DNA of 64,000 nucleotides from Nitrospirota bacterium. Its GTDB lineage: Bacteria > Nitrospirota > UBA9217. Each line of letters begins with the position of its first letter. Within the stretch, counting starts at the first letter, position 1. The stretch is taken from positions 2,304,001 through 2,368,000 of the forward strand of contig CAVTRN010000002.1 in the NCBI GenBank assembly GCA_963737155.1, given 5' to 3'. The notes beneath the pieces are model-generated. The model was not told where the DNA came from, made no database searches, and was given only the letters and a program-made list of their open reading frames with translations. Below, piece after piece: positions 40,921 to 53,387 of the stretch. The translations under genes were made by a program, and so were the position numbers.

Positions 40921-41708
40921 CCTTTCTTAATACGTTCGAGAATATTCACAGGATCCAGTGATAAGTCCTCCTTTCCAATGCAATGGTTCATGAAGCGACT
41001 ATAGAATAGCGTTACATTGAGCAGTGAACTAAGGGTATTTTTAGGTTATGTGCCTACTTAGTTCTTGTTTCACGGTCTTTCCCCTGCCGGACAGTGTTTG
41101 AATAATGTTGTCCTTCTAAACTAGTCCAGTTTTGACTGGCTCTATAATTCAGCAGTCTCTAAAGTTTTTTCTTTAAATTCCGATAAATAAATCATGAGTT
41201 CCATCTCCCGGCCAATTGAGAAATAGGATATTAAATGTCTATAAAACATCATCAACGGTATTTCAGATCCTGTCGCTGTCATCGACAGGGATTTGTGGTA
41301 AGCTTCATGAACAAGTCGGCGCAGGATATTTACGTTAAGAAATCCGACAGTTGTGATCAAACACATTGTTATCGGATCTTGCGCGAACGGCCCCCCGCTA
41401 CGACAACCAAGAACATTCTTGTGCCGTTCAGGAAGTTTTTCGTACAGGCAGGGCCGTTCAGCTGTTCCACCATCGCGTCGGCAAGAAGCCTCACCTTGAT
41501 ATCGTCGAGGTCAGCGCTTCCTCTCTTTCAACAAGCGTGGAGAGGTCGTCGAAATCGTCGAAGTACTTCATCCACCCCAAACGAATAAAATTGCCAAGCA
41601 GCTCATAGCTTCGGAGGAGCGTCTTCGCAGTCACATAGCGCTAAGTTCCCCTTGCTATAGTAATAATAAAATGTACTCGCGTAACAATATTATTGAGATT
41701 TAGGTTTG

Positions 41709-44321
41709 GTGAAATACTTGAATCCGAACGATTATATTGCTAATGTCTATGCGCTCCCCATGTTCATTGTCGGAGTGGCAATTACTTTCCTTGGACTTTT
41801 CATAATCGTCCGGGAGCATGGGTCACACATTGGATCCTCTTTCCTATTCATATGTCTCAGTGTTGGCCTTTATTTGGTTGCCACCGGTGCCAATTATCTC
41901 AGTCGCGATGAGAGTCTGTCACTGTTCTGGATCAGGATCTCTGACTTGGGCGTTGTCTTCATCCCCTCGACTATTCTGCTTTTTACAGCGAATTATCTCA
42001 GCCTGATCCGCAGATATCGTTTTACCATTGCATTCAGCATCGTTCTATCAACACTATTTGCGCTCGGAGTTTTATTTACGGATTTACACATCAAGGGTAC
42101 TGCTCAATTTTTCTGGGGGAGGTTCGCACAGTATGGCCCCTTGGGATTCGTGTTTATAGGGTTTTTTGTTTGTATCATGGTTTTTATCCTCCGCCTCTAC
42201 TGGTTAGCATACCGACAAAATTCGACTGAGCGGCAGAAGAAAAGACTGCGAGGGCTGTTTATAGCCTTCAGCATCGGCTACTTAGGCTCGGTTGATTTTC
42301 TGCCAACTTTTGGCCTTACCGTCTATCCATTCGGATATTTGCCCATATGCATCTTCATTGTCGTAAATGCATATATCATTATACGATATGAATTTACGGA
42401 CATCACGCCTGAGCTGGCCGCAGAGCGGATTTTGGAGACAATCCAGGGTGCGGTGATAGTCATTGACCTCAAGGGTAAGATCCGGGTGACGAGCAGCGTA
42501 GCTGGTGAGATGCTTGGTTATCAAAAATCGGAACTCATCGGCAGGGATATACGGACAATTCTTCCCTCACTGGCTGAATTCAACAGCACAACCCTCAAGA
42601 GCGAAAAATCTTCTTCTCAAGAGATGACTTGGCAAAGCAGGAACGGACAGCGATTTGAAGTCATAGTCTCAACGTCCACCATCACAAATCAATTGAGCAA
42701 TTCACCAGTCGGAATCGTTTATGCGGCATATGACATCACCGAACGCAAGAATGCGGAGGAGCTGCTGATAAGGCAGAACGAAATTTTTATCAAAGGCATT
42801 CTTGAATGCGTGGATGAGGGGTTTGTCGTGGTAGGCAGGGACTACCGGATCATTTTGGCGAACAAGGCTTTTTGCGACACGGCCGGGATGACCATTGAAA
42901 ACGTAATCGGCAGACACTGTTATGAAGTGTCCCACCACAACGCGACCCCCTGTTTTGAAGCCGGGGAGCAGTGCTCCGTGAAGCACACCTTCGAAACAGG
43001 AGAGCACGTCTCATTTTTGCACACGCATTTCGATGAACACGGACAACCCCTGTATGTTGATACAAAGTCATATGCTATGCGGGACACAGCGGGCGATGTG
43101 ACATCCGTGATTGAGATATGCGTTGACGTAACTGAGAAGAAAAAACTGGAGGATCAATACCGCCAGGCGCAGAAAATGGAGGCGATAGGCCAGCTAGCCG
43201 GCGGCGTGGCCCACGATTTCAACAATATCCTGTCCGCGATCATCGGATACGGCAACCTTTCCCTGACAAAACTGCCGGAGGATGTTCCGGTGAAGCACTA
43301 TATAGACCAGATTCTGAAGTCTTCGGAGCGCGCAGCAGCATTGACGCGGGGTCTACTCGCATTCAGCAGAAAGCAGCCCATGGAAATAGAGCTTTACGAT
43401 TTGAACGTCGTGACCGAGAATTTTGATAGATTCCTTCAACGCCTGCTGCGCGAAGACATCGAAATGACGATCAGGTACTCGTCCGAGCCACCCATGATCA
43501 TGGCAGACCGAGGACAGGTTGAACAGGTGATTATGAATCTCGTTACAAACGCGCGTGATGCCATGCCGGACAAGGGGAAACTGACCGTCGCTACCAACGT
43601 CTGTACTATGGACGAGTCGTTCATACGATCTCATGGTTATGGTAAGGCTGGAGACTATGCGGTGCTGACGGTATCGGACACCGGCATTGGAATGAACGAA
43701 AATACCCAAAAGAAAATTTTCGAGCCGTTTTTCACAACCAAAGAAATGGGAAAAGGGACCGGTCTCGGACTGGCCACGGTGTATGGAATCGTAAAAGCGC
43801 ACGATGGTTTCATCAACGTATATTCCGAACCGGGGAAAGGGAGCGTCTTTCACGTTTATTTCCCCTTGGCCCGTACGACGAAGGTAGTGCCTGAACCTGC
43901 GGGGCAAAATCAGGTACTACTCGTGGGCGGCAGCGAAACAATCCTGCTGGCTGAAGACGACTCGAGTCTCCGCAATATGACATCAATCATTCTCCGGGAC
44001 ATGGGTTATACGGTGATCGAGGCGGAGGACGGGAACATGGCGGTTATCCTGTTTAACGAGAACCGCGCTGCGATCAAACTCGTTATTCTTGACGGCATTA
44101 TGCCAAAAATGAACGGTTTGGAAGCGTATCGGAAAATTAGTACCCTCAGTCCGACGATCCGCTGCATTTTCATGAGTGGCTATTCCGGAGAAGTATTCGC
44201 TCAGGACGGCCTGCCGACGAGTACGACGTTCCTGCCGAAGCCGATAAAACCCTCGGAGCTATTGAGCAAGGTCAGGGAAACGCTTGACCGAGAATTGAAG
44301 CATGTAAAGAGTGAGAAATAA
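41709..44321 (+). CDS. Hybrid sensor histidine kinase (7TM sensor, two PAS, HisKA, HATPase, REC)
   Basis: Hydrophobic N-terminus, H-box [43 protein letters not shown]. Confidence 0.94.
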   Translation: MKYLNPNDYIANVYALPMFIVGVAITFLGLFIIVREHGSHIGSSFLFICLSVGLYLVATGANYLSRDESLSLFWIRISDLGVVFIPSTILLFTANYLSLIRRYRFTIAFSIVLSTLFALGVLFTDLHIKGTAQFFWGRFAQYGPLGFVFIGFFVCIMVFILRLYWLAYRQNSTERQKKRLRGLFIAFSIGYLGSVDFLPTFGLTVYPFGYLPICIFIVVNAYIIIRYEFTDITPELAAERILETIQGAVIVIDLKGKIRVTSSVAGEMLGYQKSELIGRDIRTILPSLAEFNSTTLKSEKSSSQEMTWQSRNGQRFEVIVSTSTITNQLSNSPVGIVYAAYDITERKNAEELLIRQNEIFIKGILECVDEGFVVVGRDYRIILANKAFCDTAGMTIENVIGRHCYEVSHHNATPCFEAGEQCSVKHTFETGEHVSFLHTHFDEHGQPLYVDTKSYAMRDTAGDVTSVIEICVDVTEKKKLEDQYRQAQKMEAIGQLAGGVAHDFNNILSAIIGYGNLSLTKLPEDVPVKHYIDQILKSSERAAALTRGLLAFSRKQPMEIELYDLNVVTENFDRFLQRLLREDIEMTIRYSSEPPMIMADRGQVEQVIMNLVTNARDAMPDKGKLTVATNVCTMDESFIRSHGYGKAGDYAVLTVSDTGIGMNENTQKKIFEPFFTTKEMGKGTGLGLATVYGIVKAHDGFINVYSEPGKGSVFHVYFPLARTTKVVPEPAGQNQVLLVGGSETILLAEDDSSLRNMTSIILRDMGYTVIEAEDGNMAVILFNENRAAIKLVILDGIMPKMNGLEAYRKISTLSPTIRCIFMSGYSGEVFAQDGLPTSTTFLPKPIKPSELLSKVRETLDRELKHVKSEK

Positions 44322-44404
44322 GCGTCCGCGACTTAACTCAATAGTCACATGCAATTTACAAACTGAATTTATTGATTGTTTCAATGAGAACTACACAATT
44401 GTAC

Positions 44405-44495
44405 GTGAAAGTCGAGTTTCATAGATAATATTAGAAAAGATGAAGAATTCATATTATATTATTGCATTTAGTGATGAAGTTTTCTCCCAGCAACT
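44405..44495 (+). repeat. Degenerate direct repeat of about 90 bp, copy B
   Basis: Aligns with 40834-40920. Confidence 0.7.
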
Positions 44496-44699
44496 CTTCT
44501 GCTTATCCCCCGTCTCCCGTTTGCTCTACCAGCTACCCACCTTGACAATTTCCAAAGAGAGAATTAGATTTAATTAGGCGTGAAATAAGAATTCTGCAAA
44601 ACTATCTGCAAAAATGGGTACCTTAATCATAATTAGCTAGTGCTATTTAAGTAGCATCAGGATCCTAGCGCTCATGCCGTACTACGGAAAGAGGGCGTT

Positions 44700-45344
44700 A
44701 TGTTTGAAAATCGTTGTGACGCAGGGAGGCGTCTTTCGACACGGCTTCAGCAGTACAAAGGGAGACGTGAGGTGATTGTGCTGGCCCTTCCCAGAGGCGG
44801 CGTAGTCATTGGTGATGAGATCGCACAGGCGCTCAATGTTCCTCTCGATGTGATAATCGTGAGAAAAATCGGATTTCCCGGACAACCCGAACTCGCCGTA
44901 GGCGCGGTCGCTGAATCAGGAAATGTTGTTTTCAACGAGGACCTCATGGCGGAGGGGCGGTTGTCCAGGGACCTCTTAAAGCGCGCGATCGACCATCAAA
45001 AGAATGAAATCGCAAGGCGAGTAGTCCTCTATCGGTCAGGGAAAGGGCTTCCCGACCTCAATGATACAACGGTCATCCTCGTGGACGACGGTGTAGCGAC
45101 CGGAGCAACGATAATGGCAGCAATCTCTGCACTCAAAGACGAGAAAGTTGCAAAACTGATCGTAGCGCTTCCCGTAGGACCTCCGGAAACCGTGGGAGTT
45201 CTGCGTCGGATGGCCAATAAGCTCGTTTGTCTTGAAACACCATTTGTGTTCAGGGCGGTAAGCACGTACTATTACGATTTTACCCAAGTATCGGATGATC
45301 AAGTCGTAAGCATCCTCAGGAAATCTTCCGCCAAGGTGGCTTGA
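44700..45344 (+). CDS. Phosphoribosyltransferase family protein
   Basis: LALPRGG and PRPP-binding VILVDDGVATGAT. Confidence 0.92.
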   Translation: MFENRCDAGRRLSTRLQQYKGRREVIVLALPRGGVVIGDEIAQALNVPLDVIIVRKIGFPGQPELAVGAVAESGNVVFNEDLMAEGRLSRDLLKRAIDHQKNEIARRVVLYRSGKGLPDLNDTTVILVDDGVATGATIMAAISALKDEKVAKLIVALPVGPPETVGVLRRMANKLVCLETPFVFRAVSTYYYDFTQVSDDQVVSILRKSSAKVA

Positions 45345-45617
<273 letters not shown>

Positions 45618-45980
45618 AAAATAACTATCATGCTTGATTCATATCACATTTTTCACATCCATCTCAAGCATAAAACACTGGTACAGAGCGGGTTCTATGA
45701 GTCTTACACCTCATTATTACCACTCGCTAGGGAGTTGCTCCACAAAAACTTGCATGGAGTAAGCCGACAGTAGAACTGGTTAAGAATTTTGGAGTATCGG
45801 ATTCATTGATTAGCAGGAAGTGTAGACAGATGGGAATTCCAAAACCACAGCCTGGATTCTGGACCAGGGTTGCTAACGGGGTCTTACCCCATCCTCACGG
45901 TAAACCACAAAAAAAGAGTAGCAAAAGAGTAGCAGACAAAAAAGACCGATCAAAAAGATCGGCCTAAGTACGTGATTTTT

Positions 45981-46057
45981 TGGTGCCCCTGGCGTGATTC
46001 GAACACGCGGCACGCGGTTTAGGAAACCGCTGCTCTATCCACCTGAGCTACAGGGGC
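45981..46057 (-). tRNA. tRNA-Arg(CCT)
   Basis: GCCCCTGTAGCTCAG...GCGGT-TTCCTAA-ACCGC...GTTCGAATC...AGGGGCACCA. Confidence 0.96.
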
Positions 46058-46105
46058 GGTTCTGATTAGATTATGAATCGAAAAATAAACCGCAGCCGCT
46101 CTTTC

Positions 46106-47068
46106 TTACAGCATCCCTTCGAAATCAATTTTTTTCCGCTTTGTGATAGACCGGAGTTTGTTGAGCGCCTGTGTCTCAATCTGCCGGACGCGTTCACGAG
46201 TAATCCCGAATTCTTTTCCGATACTATCCAGCGTCTTGGGTTCGCCGTCGATCAAACCAAACCGGAGTTCGATGACCTTCCGCTCGCTTACCGACAGCTG
46301 TTGAAGCCATTCATCGATATGCTCGCGTCTCCGGATATCATCGGAAACACTAGCCGGCGACAGAGCGTTGCTGTCCTGAAGGATGTCTTTAAGGGTATCT
46401 TCCTCCTGATCGCCGATTAGCATGTCTAGCGAGTATGTTTCGCGCACCACCTGCGAAATGCTCCTCACTTTTTCAGCGGTAACCTTCATTTTCTTGGCGA
46501 TCTCCTCAATTGACGGATCTCGCCCTAGGGATTGAGTAAGTTGGCGAATTGCACGCATGTAGGAATTTACTATTTCAGCGATATGAACAGGAAGGCGAAT
46601 TGTTCTCGTCTGGTTAACAATGGCTCGCTCGATGGCTTGTTTGATCCACCACGAGGCGTAAGTGCTGAATTTGAAGCCGCGCTGGTACTGAAATTTTTCA
46701 ACAGCTCTGATCAGACCCAAGTTGCCTTCTTCGATAATGTCTGAGAACTGCAGGCCTCGGTTAATATATTTTTTGCCGATAGCAACAACAAGGCGCAGAT
46801 TCGCCTCGATCATTTTTGCGCGAGCATCCAGATCGCCTGCTTCTATCCGCTTCGCGAGTTCTTGTTCTTGTTCAAAGGAAAGAAGGGGTGTTTTCCGTAT
46901 TTCCTTGAGGTAATACTTGATGGCATCTAGACCCTTCTGCCCATCACCGACAGTTGCGGCATCAGAAGAATTTCCGGCAGTATTTGCCCTTTCTTCCTTT
47001 TCCTCACTTTCTTCACCATAGGGCTCGGCGCCCATCAAATCATCAACAGACCGCTCCCTTTCACTCAT
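46106..47068 (-). CDS. RNA polymerase sigma factor, group 2 (RpoS-like)
   Basis: No region 1.1; [41 protein letters not shown]; ATG after RBS GAGG. Confidence 0.9.
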   Translation of the reverse strand: MSERERSVDDLMGAEPYGEESEEKEERANTAGNSSDAATVGDGQKGLDAIKYYLKEIRKTPLLSFEQEQELAKRIEAGDLDARAKMIEANLRLVVAIGKKYINRGLQFSDIIEEGNLGLIRAVEKFQYQRGFKFSTYASWWIKQAIERAIVNQTRTIRLPVHIAEIVNSYMRAIRQLTQSLGRDPSIEEIAKKMKVTAEKVRSISQVVRETYSLDMLIGDQEEDTLKDILQDSNALSPASVSDDIRRREHIDEWLQQLSVSERKVIELRFGLIDGEPKTLDSIGKEFGITRERVRQIETQALNKLRSITKRKKIDFEGML

Positions 47069-47268
47069 GAACACCTCATGGGACAAAAAAATAGCGGCCG
47101 CACCGAAGCCCCCTTGTCTTTAATCAAACGTAATGCATCAGTCCCCGGTCTTCGATGCTGCTTATCCGATTTATAGCCTTAAAATTCCACCCTCCCGCCA
47201 CTTTCTGAAGTTTGCATTTTTGAATGATCATGAAAGTTTACGCAATTATTTCAAGCGGAGGAGGGAAA

Positions 47269-47346
<78 letters not shown>

Positions 47347-47382
47347 CGAATTTTTACACTATACTAGAACTGAAATCGTATG

Positions 47383-48463
47383 TCAACGAACATTCTTTCT
47401 TTTTGCAACACCGATAAAATTATCAAAGGCCTCCTGATAGTAGCCTTTCTTCGCTCTCAACGCCGCGGGAATCCTCGTTTCATAGAACTCACGGCCTTCA
47501 TTCACATCATTTTTCAGCAACTCAAGTAAGGTCCCATTCCTGATACCTCCAATCACTGCTTCTTGATTGTAAAGAGCACTATCGGAGATGATAATCCTGG
47601 CTAAACGACGCGCTTTCTTAATAGCATCGGGATCTTCCTCGTCGACATGGGGGATGTCGCACTCCTCTTTTTGAAATATTGATACATCAAGGCTGAGCGA
47701 TTCCGGCATGACCACCGTCATTTCGGAACTATTTTCTCGGGCAACCGAGCATTCCGACACATGCTGCGGCGTCGGATAGAGAACATCACGGTCAACGTGG
47801 TGTGCGACCTCGTGGTTCAGCAGCGACAACTCAAATTTCCGCGTCGCTGTTCGTGACATATCCGGAAGTTTGCGGTGAAATGGCTCAGACGCTTTGAAAG
47901 CGCAATCGGCTGGGTCCTGCGACGAAATAAGTCTATACAACTTGTCTGCCAAAAGATCGGAGATGTGGTGTTTCTCAATATAGTCGTCAGCGCCGTAGAT
48001 GTTCTCGGTGTGCGTTTGCAACGCCTCCGATCATATACTGATGAAAGAAGAACGATTTTTATGTCCTCGGTTTTTGGATTGTTTTTCAACCGTTCGCACA
48101 ATTCAAATGCATAGATGCCCGGAAGGCCAACATCAAGCACTATTCCCTGGGGTCTTAGTTCAATCGCTTTTTTCAGCGCATCGACACCATTTGGAACCAA
48201 CTCAACGCGGAAACCGGCTTCGATCAGAATACCGGAAACCATGGATCTGACCACCTCGCTGTCATGGGCAATCAGCACAAAAATGTCGCTCAAGGATGCA
48301 TGGGACCGTTCCGGTTTTTCTCAAAGGGGGCAGGCACAGCCGGCGCCAGCTGATTTAAGGGAAGCACATCGCCACAGCGCGGACATCGTATCTTCGAGCG
48401 TCTACCAGCGATCTTGGTCTCATCAATTTTCAGCTTTGCGCCACAATTGCACAAAACAATCAT
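47383..48463 (-). pseudogene. Zinc-ribbon/receiver-domain protein split by two frameshifts
   Basis: Overlapping ORFs encode a Zn ribbon (CNCG..CPRC), REC (IVLDVGLP) and a C-terminal ARRLARIIISD domain; joins near 48295 and 48008 (KRTP/ENIYGADDYIEK). Confidence 0.75.
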
Positions 48464-49441
48464 GGATATTAAGCCCTCCTTCGCCAAAACGGGATGTCTT
48501 TCCGTTTGAAGACTCCGCACCCGCTTCGAAACCGGCTACATAAGCATATCTAACCAAGCACGACCGTGGCAGATATTTCCATGGTCCTGATGTGAAACCG
48601 AAAAATACGAATGTTACAACCCATGCCCGGCAAAAAGCAGAGGTGCTCCCAGCACTCCGGAATTAGACCCGCTCGCGTCAGGCATGAGAATCATTGAATT
48701 CCTGTTCGCCAACTCATGGTGAACGTGGCGATAACACCACAGAGCGGGTAAAATAACTTACCGGGTTTTCCCATCGCATCTCCCACACTGTTACCGAAAA
48801 CCTAGAGGTAGCAATATTTTCTGCAAAGTGGAGAAGACAGCCATGAAATAATTTAGAATAGAACGGAGTTGTGACTGCCGGGATTGTCCAAGATGTTTCC
48901 GGAACCGAAGCTAGCAGTTTCGCAGGCATCAGCGCAAAAGTATTCACTAACTCTTCGCTGGCAACACTTCCCAGAGTGAACTCAGAAATATATACAGTGA
49001 CATTCAGTTTGATCAGAACGACGGTAACAACTGCGAAGCGCTCTGTGCGGTCGATATCTCGTAAAGGAGTCAATCCTGCACTCCGTTCATCCGTAACTCA
49101 TGGCCTCATCCGACGCCGACTTGAACTATCCGGCACGGGTTCTTTTCATCGTTTGATGCATGTCAAAAACTCGACCCTAAAATACAAAAAAACGTATGAA
49201 TTAAATTACGTGCAGACCATAAAATACGGTTGTGACGTGAATTCGTTGCGACCATGATGGCATACTCTATATGTTAGTCACTGTCGTGTTGTTACCCAAA
49301 TGTATTGCAGTTTAGTATCTACTGCCTGTCTCGAAGAAATGGATTCGTCTTAGGAAAAAGTGATCTCACGTCGAGCGAAACATAAACCATCATTATCTTC
49401 AATCCCATCCAGTTTGAAGACTACTTCTCATAATTGACAGC

Positions 49442-51397
49442 CTACAGATAGAGGTTTACCATGAGCGACGCCTCCGACCGATTGTAATCGAAGGTCCTCT
49501 CTTGGGACAGTGAAAAGGTAATGCCGGTATTCGTGGTAATCTTGTAATTCTGCGCCAGAGACGCCTTCATGCTACGATGTTCGTCACCAAGTTCATAGGA
49601 CGTCCATGCGGCAGAGAGGTTGATTTTCCACCAGTCCGTGATGTTCTTTAGACAGCCGGCTGACGTACCGATACCAGCGGCAAACTTATCATGCAATTTG
49701 TCGTTCATGATGAGGTCCGTTTCGAGAAAAACGTAAAATATCCCCAGATATCCTGTCTTGTACGCAAAACCGCCTCCGGGGTTCAAGCGGTAGACGAGTT
49801 GCTCCTGGCCGTCGTACATGATCTCTCGATCTAAGCCCGTGTTTACTTTCCATGAGACGGGCTTGAAAAATGCATCGCGAGGCGATATCGAGATAATATC
49901 AATGAACCGCAGCCTCTGCAGGATCAAGGCGTCCTCTCTAAAATAGTACCGGCCACGAATGTCCATGAAATTTATCTGTGCGCCCTCGATATAGCCGTCG
50001 TCCTGATCGAGCAGGTCGTGATAGGCTGGACGCCAACTAAGCTCCGTGAAAAAGGAATCTGTACGATATCCGCCCCCGATGCCGACTTTCCCGGGGAGAT
50101 GACCTGCGTCAGGAGAAACCGGCACAGCAACAACGCTATCGTCCCCATCCTGCGGCCCGAGCGTACTCCTGGCCTGCAGGGTCGGAAGAAACCTGTGCAC
50201 ATATTCGTCCTTCTCGAGTTGTTTTCGCGCGAATTGATACTGGAGCAGTTCCGCCGCAAGGTCAAGGATTCTCACTTTTTCTTTTGGATCAATGTCCATT
50301 TCCGTTATAGAACGGGGAGATATTTTTTGATCAACGATATCCTGTGCCAAATCCCGATGTGTGCTCTCCATGCGCGACGCAATGGCATGAATACGCTTGG
50401 ATTGGGACTGCCGATATTTGACTGAGCTGACCAGCCCCTGTTCCCTGATAATCCGGACGGTATCAGAAGGGATAACCCAAAATTTAGCTTTCCCCCAGAA
50501 TGCATCAGTGAGGTGCACAGAAGGTCGTGCGGCTTCGAGCAGAAAGAGAAGATCGAAGGAGCAATTTTCGTCGAAGAAGTAGTAGTTAGAATAGATGTCC
50601 TTAAGTTCCCATATATGCATGACCATCCTTCGCACTTCTTCTTTCGAGAGGTTGAGCTCATACTCCCAAATGTCGCGATGTTCGATTTCGTTATATTCGC
50701 CAACCTTCTGATAATAGGGCAGGACAGAGTAATATCCTCGGTAATAGCCAAAAATCCCCTTATAGGCATAGATAAACCCGTTCCGGTCGGTCGTTACTGC
50801 TGCGTAATTCACCGCGTAAGAAAGCAGATCGTTCCGGCTATTCCCGTCGATCCTGATGAGAGTATGTCCGAACATGGAAGCGGGACCGTTGCCGTGAGCA
50901 GCGGGAAAGATAAGAACGGCAGATTGAGGATTGATAAGCGAGAGTGTTTCCTCGAATTTTGTGCATACCGCAGCTGGTAGTTTTGATTCGTCTATGGAGA
51001 GCCGCTCCTTGAGCCATGCGTAGCGAGCGGGGAATCTGCAGCACGTAGGCTCGACGCCTTCATGCTCTTGCTTGAAAAAACTCATAAGCGTCGCCTCCAA
51101 CTCGGCTTGGGGATCGGTTTTCCCGTCAACGGCAAGAAAAAACTTCGGGTCGTCGACGAGACTCACCCTACCGGAGCCGTGCGGCTTGTAATGGAGGATA
51201 ATATTCCAGTAGCGGTCTTCAGAAAGGTGTTTCTCTTGTGCGGTTTTCAATAGCGTGTCGAGATAGCCGTTCCGATTGGAGGCTAATGCCCCGGATGTCC
51301 ATGAAACAGTGCAGAAAGCAAAAGCCGTAAAAAAAAGGCATACAGAACAACACGTTCCGTATACCTTTTCATCTAATAAAATTCGCAGTCGGTACAT
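49442..51397 (-). CDS. DUF4105 (Lnb N-terminal-like) domain outer-membrane protein
   Basis: SMFGHTLIR, EHRDIWEY, YYFFDENCS, beta-barrel-like C-terminus; start position uncertain. Confidence 0.8.
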   Translation of the reverse strand: MYRLRILLDEKVYGTCCSVCLFFTAFAFCTVSWTSGALASNRNGYLDTLLKTAQEKHLSEDRYWNIILHYKPHGSGRVSLVDDPKFFLAVDGKTDPQAELEATLMSFFKQEHEGVEPTCCRFPARYAWLKERLSIDESKLPAAVCTKFEETLSLINPQSAVLIFPAAHGNGPASMFGHTLIRIDGNSRNDLLSYAVNYAAVTTDRNGFIYAYKGIFGYYRGYYSVLPYYQKVGEYNEIEHRDIWEYELNLSKEEVRRMVMHIWELKDIYSNYYFFDENCSFDLLFLLEAARPSVHLTDAFWGKAKFWVIPSDTVRIIREQGLVSSVKYRQSQSKRIHAIASRMESTHRDLAQDIVDQKISPRSITEMDIDPKEKVRILDLAAELLQYQFARKQLEKDEYVHRFLPTLQARSTLGPQDGDDSVVAVPVSPDAGHLPGKVGIGGGYRTDSFFTELSWRPAYHDLLDQDDGYIEGAQINFMDIRGRYYFREDALILQRLRFIDIISISPRDAFFKPVSWKVNTGLDREIMYDGQEQLVYRLNPGGGFAYKTGYLGIFYVFLETDLIMNDKLHDKFAAGIGTSAGCLKNITDWWKINLSAAWTSYELGDEHRSMKASLAQNYKITTNTGITFSLSQERTFDYNRSEASLMVNLYL

Positions 51398-51888
51398 TAA
51401 TGCGATGACACCGTTACCACGTTGTCCACTACCTTGGCAAACTGCACATTTTCGGAGGTAAATATTTTTGCGAAGTTTGCCTGCAATTTCTGATAAAACG
51501 CCGGCCGCTCGTTTGCCGGAACCTGAAGAAGCTCAGCAAATGCCTCAAGCGTTTCACCTTTTCCCATGGCTATTTCCTTTGCCAGGTTGTCCATATTGGC
51601 GACCACAAATTCATTCATCCGGTCGTTCTTGGCGAACTGGGTCGGCTGGTCACACTCCGACGTCCCTGAGGTGATGCCAAAGGTCTGGGTGCCGAACGTA
51701 CCGTTAGTCGTGGCCTGTAAAGACTGGAGGATGGTTGAATTATCGGCGTTATTTTGGAAAAGCATTGTGCCGAGACCGCAACCTGTGTTCTTGTGCGCCT
51801 CCCCGACAGAAGAATCCGCCGCAAAAGCCGTACCTACGACAACAACAAGCAACAACAACACTACCGCTACTAAATTAGCTATTTTCAT
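51397..51888 (-). CDS. DUF3015 family secreted protein
   Basis: Signal peptide, GCGLG, TTNGTFGTQTFGITSGTSEC, EIAMGKGETL. Confidence 0.85.
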   Translation of the reverse strand: MKIANLVAVVLLLLVVVVGTAFAADSSVGEAHKNTGCGLGTMLFQNNADNSTILQSLQATTNGTFGTQTFGITSGTSECDQPTQFAKNDRMNEFVVANMDNLAKEIAMGKGETLEAFAELLQVPANERPAFYQKLQANFAKIFTSENVQFAKVVDNVVTVSSH

Positions 51889-51997
51889 GCGCGTCCTCCT
51901 TGTTGAGTTTTTTGAAATGTTTACTTATATTTATTTAAGCCTACTTTTTAGTATTTGTCAAGTAATGAGGGGCTGAAGATAACAGCAAACAGACCCG

Positions 51998-52849
51998 TCA
52001 TGGCTTGGTCAGATGCTCAGATAGATAGCGGACAAATTTTCTCCTGACTCTTGCATCTGCAAAGGCCATGATGTGTCCCGGTGTGGATGTTTCCCAAAAA
52101 TCCTTTGGCATGAGTGCAGCCTCATAGAGCATAAAGCCGTGATGTATAGGAACCACCGGATCATTTACGCCGTGCATGATCAAAACTGGCACGGGTGCGA
52201 CCATTTCTATCCACTTTAGCGGACTGTAATCTTCACTAAAGAGTAGTGATAGCGGATACTGGAAAGGCCAAGTTAGAAAAAAATGTCCAAGTTTTTCGCG
52301 AGCAATGAGACGGTAGCTTGAAAACGCGCTGTCGACGACAAGTGCGGCAATCCGATCTTTCTTCGAAGAATTTGCTACGGTATAAACGGCGATTGACCCG
52401 CCGATGCTTTGGCCGAGAATGACTATCCTTCTGCCTTTTGATTGCGGCAGGTTCAAAGCAGTTTTTAACGCCTCCTCTGCATCAACGTGAACGCCCTTGA
52501 GACTGGGCTTTCCCCCGGACCGCCCATATCCGCGGTAATCAAATATGAATATGTTAAACCCTTCCCGCACCAGCCACAAAACTCCATTCACGTGCGTGCT
52601 CATGTTTTCAGCGTTGCCGTGAAGGACGAGTATAGTTCCTAAGGCCTGTGGATTTGCCTTGAATAGCCAGCCGTGCAAGGTTATCCCGTCGGGGGTTTTG
52701 AAGTAGATATCATTGGGAGAAAACAGCCGGGCCAGAGGATTATCTGTCTCCTGTTTCTGGGGATAAAAAAAAAGAGAACCGCATCCCACGGAGAAAAGAA
52801 GAACCAGGAAAGACAAAAAAAAGAGAACTCTTTTTACTGATAATACCAT
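51998..52849 (-). CDS. Alpha/beta hydrolase lipoprotein
   Basis: HGNAEN, DYRGYG, nucleophile elbow GQSIGG, HGVND, GH. Confidence 0.88.
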   Translation of the reverse strand: MVLSVKRVLFFLSFLVLLFSVGCGSLFFYPQKQETDNPLARLFSPNDIYFKTPDGITLHGWLFKANPQALGTILVLHGNAENMSTHVNGVLWLVREGFNIFIFDYRGYGRSGGKPSLKGVHVDAEEALKTALNLPQSKGRRIVILGQSIGGSIAVYTVANSSKKDRIAALVVDSAFSSYRLIAREKLGHFFLTWPFQYPLSLLFSEDYSPLKWIEMVAPVPVLIMHGVNDPVVPIHHGFMLYEAALMPKDFWETSTPGHIMAFADARVRRKFVRYLSEHLTKP

Positions 52850-53387
52850 ATGCGTACACCAGTCTAGGATATGGCAGGCAGATCTAAGGACACATACTGC
52901 CGAGCATCTTCTGCAAGTCACATGGCAGCGGATATGACTTTTTTCTCATCAGAAAAGCATGATACGAGAGCCCTGCTTCGACGAAGCGGTTGGCGGGTGC
53001 GGCGAGAAAAAAGTAGCTGTTGATCGCTGTAGCGAATTCCATTGTCGGACGCCGCCTGCATGATTCCGTGCGAGAAGAATTACCTCACCTTATGTATGTG
53101 CTATTACAACACATAATATGAAGTATGTAACGGCCGCACAATGTTGCATAAGAAGAGTAAGCCGATGATTTTGAGCTAAACCAGCACGTCATCTACCGCT
53201 TTAAGAATTAATCTTTAATTAATCATGAAGAAATAATTGCTAGCAATAGATAGATTCTTTTATGATAATTTTCACTTCTCAAGGTGTCTGTCTGGCACAA
53301 TCTTTCAGTGTATCAGCAAAACTCCCTGTCCTTGCTACGATGCAGGGAGTTTTGCATAGCAAAGCTATACAGGAATCTCTTGAAAAC

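Noticed and set aside
41142-41640. Minus-strand gene fragment (DIKVRLLADAMVEQLN)
   Set aside because: Looks like coding debris but cannot be assigned to a family by eye.
48714-49257. Overlapping ORFs of 119 and 128 aa; possible CheW-like remnant
   Set aside because: No convincing motif or RBS.
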